Below are positions 62,440-64,000 of a stretch of DNA of 64,000 nucleotides, piece by piece. This stretch comes from Nitrospirota bacterium (GTDB taxonomy: Bacteria > Nitrospirota > Nitrospiria > Nitrospirales > Nitrospiraceae). Location: assembly GCA_963703955.1 (NCBI GenBank), contig CAVPGK010000021.1, positions 96,001 through 160,000 on the forward strand, in the 5' to 3' direction. The first letter of the stretch is position 1. Each line of letters begins with the position of its first letter. A program made the translations under genes and the position numbers. Below the pieces are notes generated by a model. The model did not search any database and was not told the DNA's origin. It saw nothing but the letters and a program-made list of their open reading frames with translations.

Positions 62440-64000
62440 CTAGATTCGCCCCAAAGCTTTCCGGATCGCTGCGGCGGTCTTGGCGTCGACGCCAGCCGCT
62501 TCCCGCATCTGTTCATCAGTTGCGCGGGCGATTTCATCGAGGCTGATGAACTGCTTGAGTAGACGCTTTTTCTTCACCTCGCCGATTCCGGGAATCTCTT
62601 CGAGTCGAGAGGTCACCAGCGCCTTGCCTCTGAGCTTTCGGTGGTAGGTAATAGCAAATCGGTGGGCTTCATCCCGAATGCGTTGGAGCAGATGGGTGGC
62701 CGGCGAGGAGGCCGCCAGCACGATCGCGCCTTTTCTTCCGGGGACGAAGATCCGTTCTTCTTTTTCGCCGCGCGCTTTGGCGAGGCCGATGAGGCGCAGT
62801 CCGGTGAGTCCGAGGTTCTTGATTCCTTCCATGGCTGCGCCCAATTGACCGATCCCCCCGTCGATGAGAATCAAATCCGGGAGTGGAAGCCCCTCGGTCT
62901 GTTCGTGCGGACTATAGCGACGAATCACCACTTCCTGCATGCTGGCGAAGTCATTCGCCCCTTCAACCGTCTTGATGCGGAATGTGCGATAGTCCGATTT
63001 CTTCGCCTGACCATCCTCCCAGACCACCATCGAGGCCACGGATTGGTTGCCCATCGTATTGGAAATATCGAACCCTTCGATCCGTCGCGGCGGTCGCTCA
63101 AGTCGAAGCAAGCGTTTCAGTTCCTCAACCGCTTGCCGGTCGATGGCCTGGTCGCGCAGATGGTCGGATGCCGCGGCGGCGGCATTCTCCTCAGCCAGCA
63201 GAACGAGTTGGTGCTTGGCCCCGCGCTCCGGCGCGAGGATTCTTACCGCTTCGCCTTTCTTCTCCGATAGCCAGGCTTCAATCAGCGTGGCGTCAGCCAG
63301 TGGCGTGGGAACGAGCAGTTCCTTCGGTGGAAGTACGTCTTTGTTGTAGAACTGCTCGACTGCCGACCGGACCAATTCTTCATCCGAGGTCTCCGCCCCT
63401 TCCGACAAGAAGAAATCCTTGCGTCCGATGAGGAGCCCTCCTCGAACGAAGAGCATCTGCAGGTCCACCGCCTTGCCTTGGCGGGCCAGGCCGATGACGT
63501 CCTGATCCGTGAAGCTGGTTTGCGCGACCCGCTGCTTTTCGAGCGCCCGCTCGACCTTGAAAATCCGGTCCCGCAACCGCGCGGCTTCTTCGAAATCCTC
63601 GCGGTCGGCGGCGGCCTGCATGTCGGCCCGCAAGCCTTCCAACAATTCAGTATCTCGCCCCTCCAGGAACATCCTGACCTGCTTGACGATATGGTGATAC
63701 TCCTCCCGGTTCTGATTCCCGATACAGGGGGCCATGCACCGCTTAATTTCAAACTCAATGCAGGCGCGCTCCGCCGTCCCATCAATCTCGATGTCACACG
63801 TGGCCAGCGGAAAAACCTTGCGAATCACCCGTAAGGTTTCCCGCATTGCGCCGGCCGGTACATAGGGACCGTAGTAGAGCGCGCCGTCTTTCTGCACGCG
63901 ACGCACGACGGACAAGCGCGGAAAATTCTCCTTCACCGGAAACCGGATGTACGGGTATTGCTTATCGTCACGGAGCACGATGTTGAACCGCGGGCGGTGC
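62440..64000 (-). CDS. uvrC: Excinuclease ABC subunit C (5' end outside window)
   Basis: LRDDKQYPY, FEEAARLRD (UVR), RIEGFDISN, LIDGGIGQL, RIRDEAHRFA, HhH IPGIG. Confidence 0.97.
   Translation of the reverse strand, partial: HRPRFNIVLRDDKQYPYIRFPVKENFPRLSVVRRVQKDGALYYGPYVPAGAMRETLRVIRKVFPLATCDIEIDGTAERACIEFEIKRCMAPCIGNQNREEYHHIVKQVRMFLEGRDTELLEGLRADMQAAADREDFEEAARLRDRIFKVERALEKQRVAQTSFTDQDVIGLARQGKAVDLQMLFVRGGLLIGRKDFFLSEGAETSDEELVRSAVEQFYNKDVLPPKELLVPTPLADATLIEAWLSEKKGEAVRILAPERGAKHQLVLLAEENAAAAASDHLRDQAIDRQAVEELKRLLRLERPPRRIEGFDISNTMGNQSVASMVVWEDGQAKKSDYRTFRIKTVEGANDFASMQEVVIRRYSPHEQTEGLPLPDLILIDGGIGQLGAAMEGIKNLGLTGLRLIGLAKARGEKEERIFVPGRKGAIVLAASSPATHLLQRIRDEAHRFAITYHRKLRGKALVTSRLEEIPGIGEVKKKRLLKQFISLDEIARATDEQMREAAGVDAKTAAAIRKALGRI

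Noticed and set aside
1..64000. CRISPR arrays, tRNA/rRNA, DGR reverse transcriptase/template repeat, prophage genes
   Set aside because: No regularly spaced repeats, RNA gene signatures, RT motifs or phage structural genes seen by eye

Overview
This GC-rich bacterial window most resembles Nitrospiraceae (Nitrospira), judged from the DUF3015 lipoprotein, the USP-USP-PCP_red-rubredoxin protein and the ubiE + B12-radical-SAM pair. Core-type genes sit at both ends: the USP protein, radical SAM, ubiE and uvrA on the left, and uvrC on the right. Between them is about 54 kb of patchwork accessory DNA. It holds: (1) a complete class III PHA locus (two phasin-like genes, phaA, phaB, phaE, phaC, a PhaZ7-like hydrolase, and a CopG regulator plus PHB esterase behind a phased GATGGT operator array); (2) a HerA-like ATPase, two patatin/cPLA2-type lipases and several sensor kinases; (3) a decayed zone at 33.7-44.4 kb with an IS3, three RelE-type toxin genes, a TIR-FGE-sulfatase pseudogene that looks like a DGR target, and a relic co-oriented integron (intI 3' end, attI, one cassette, half attC); (4) FadL, an acyl-CoA dehydrogenase, and a LemA/TPM operon carrying a MITE; (5) two hybrid kinases; and (6) a five-gene cluster of lipoproteins ending in a split, miniaturised copper amine oxidase-like enzyme with a non-canonical TPQ motif (E-Y-H), which is the most novel-looking element. 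No rRNA, tRNA or CRISPR array was seen. Several single-base frameshifts, especially in the first 1.5 kb, may be assembly errors. All family assignments are by eye, without database searches.
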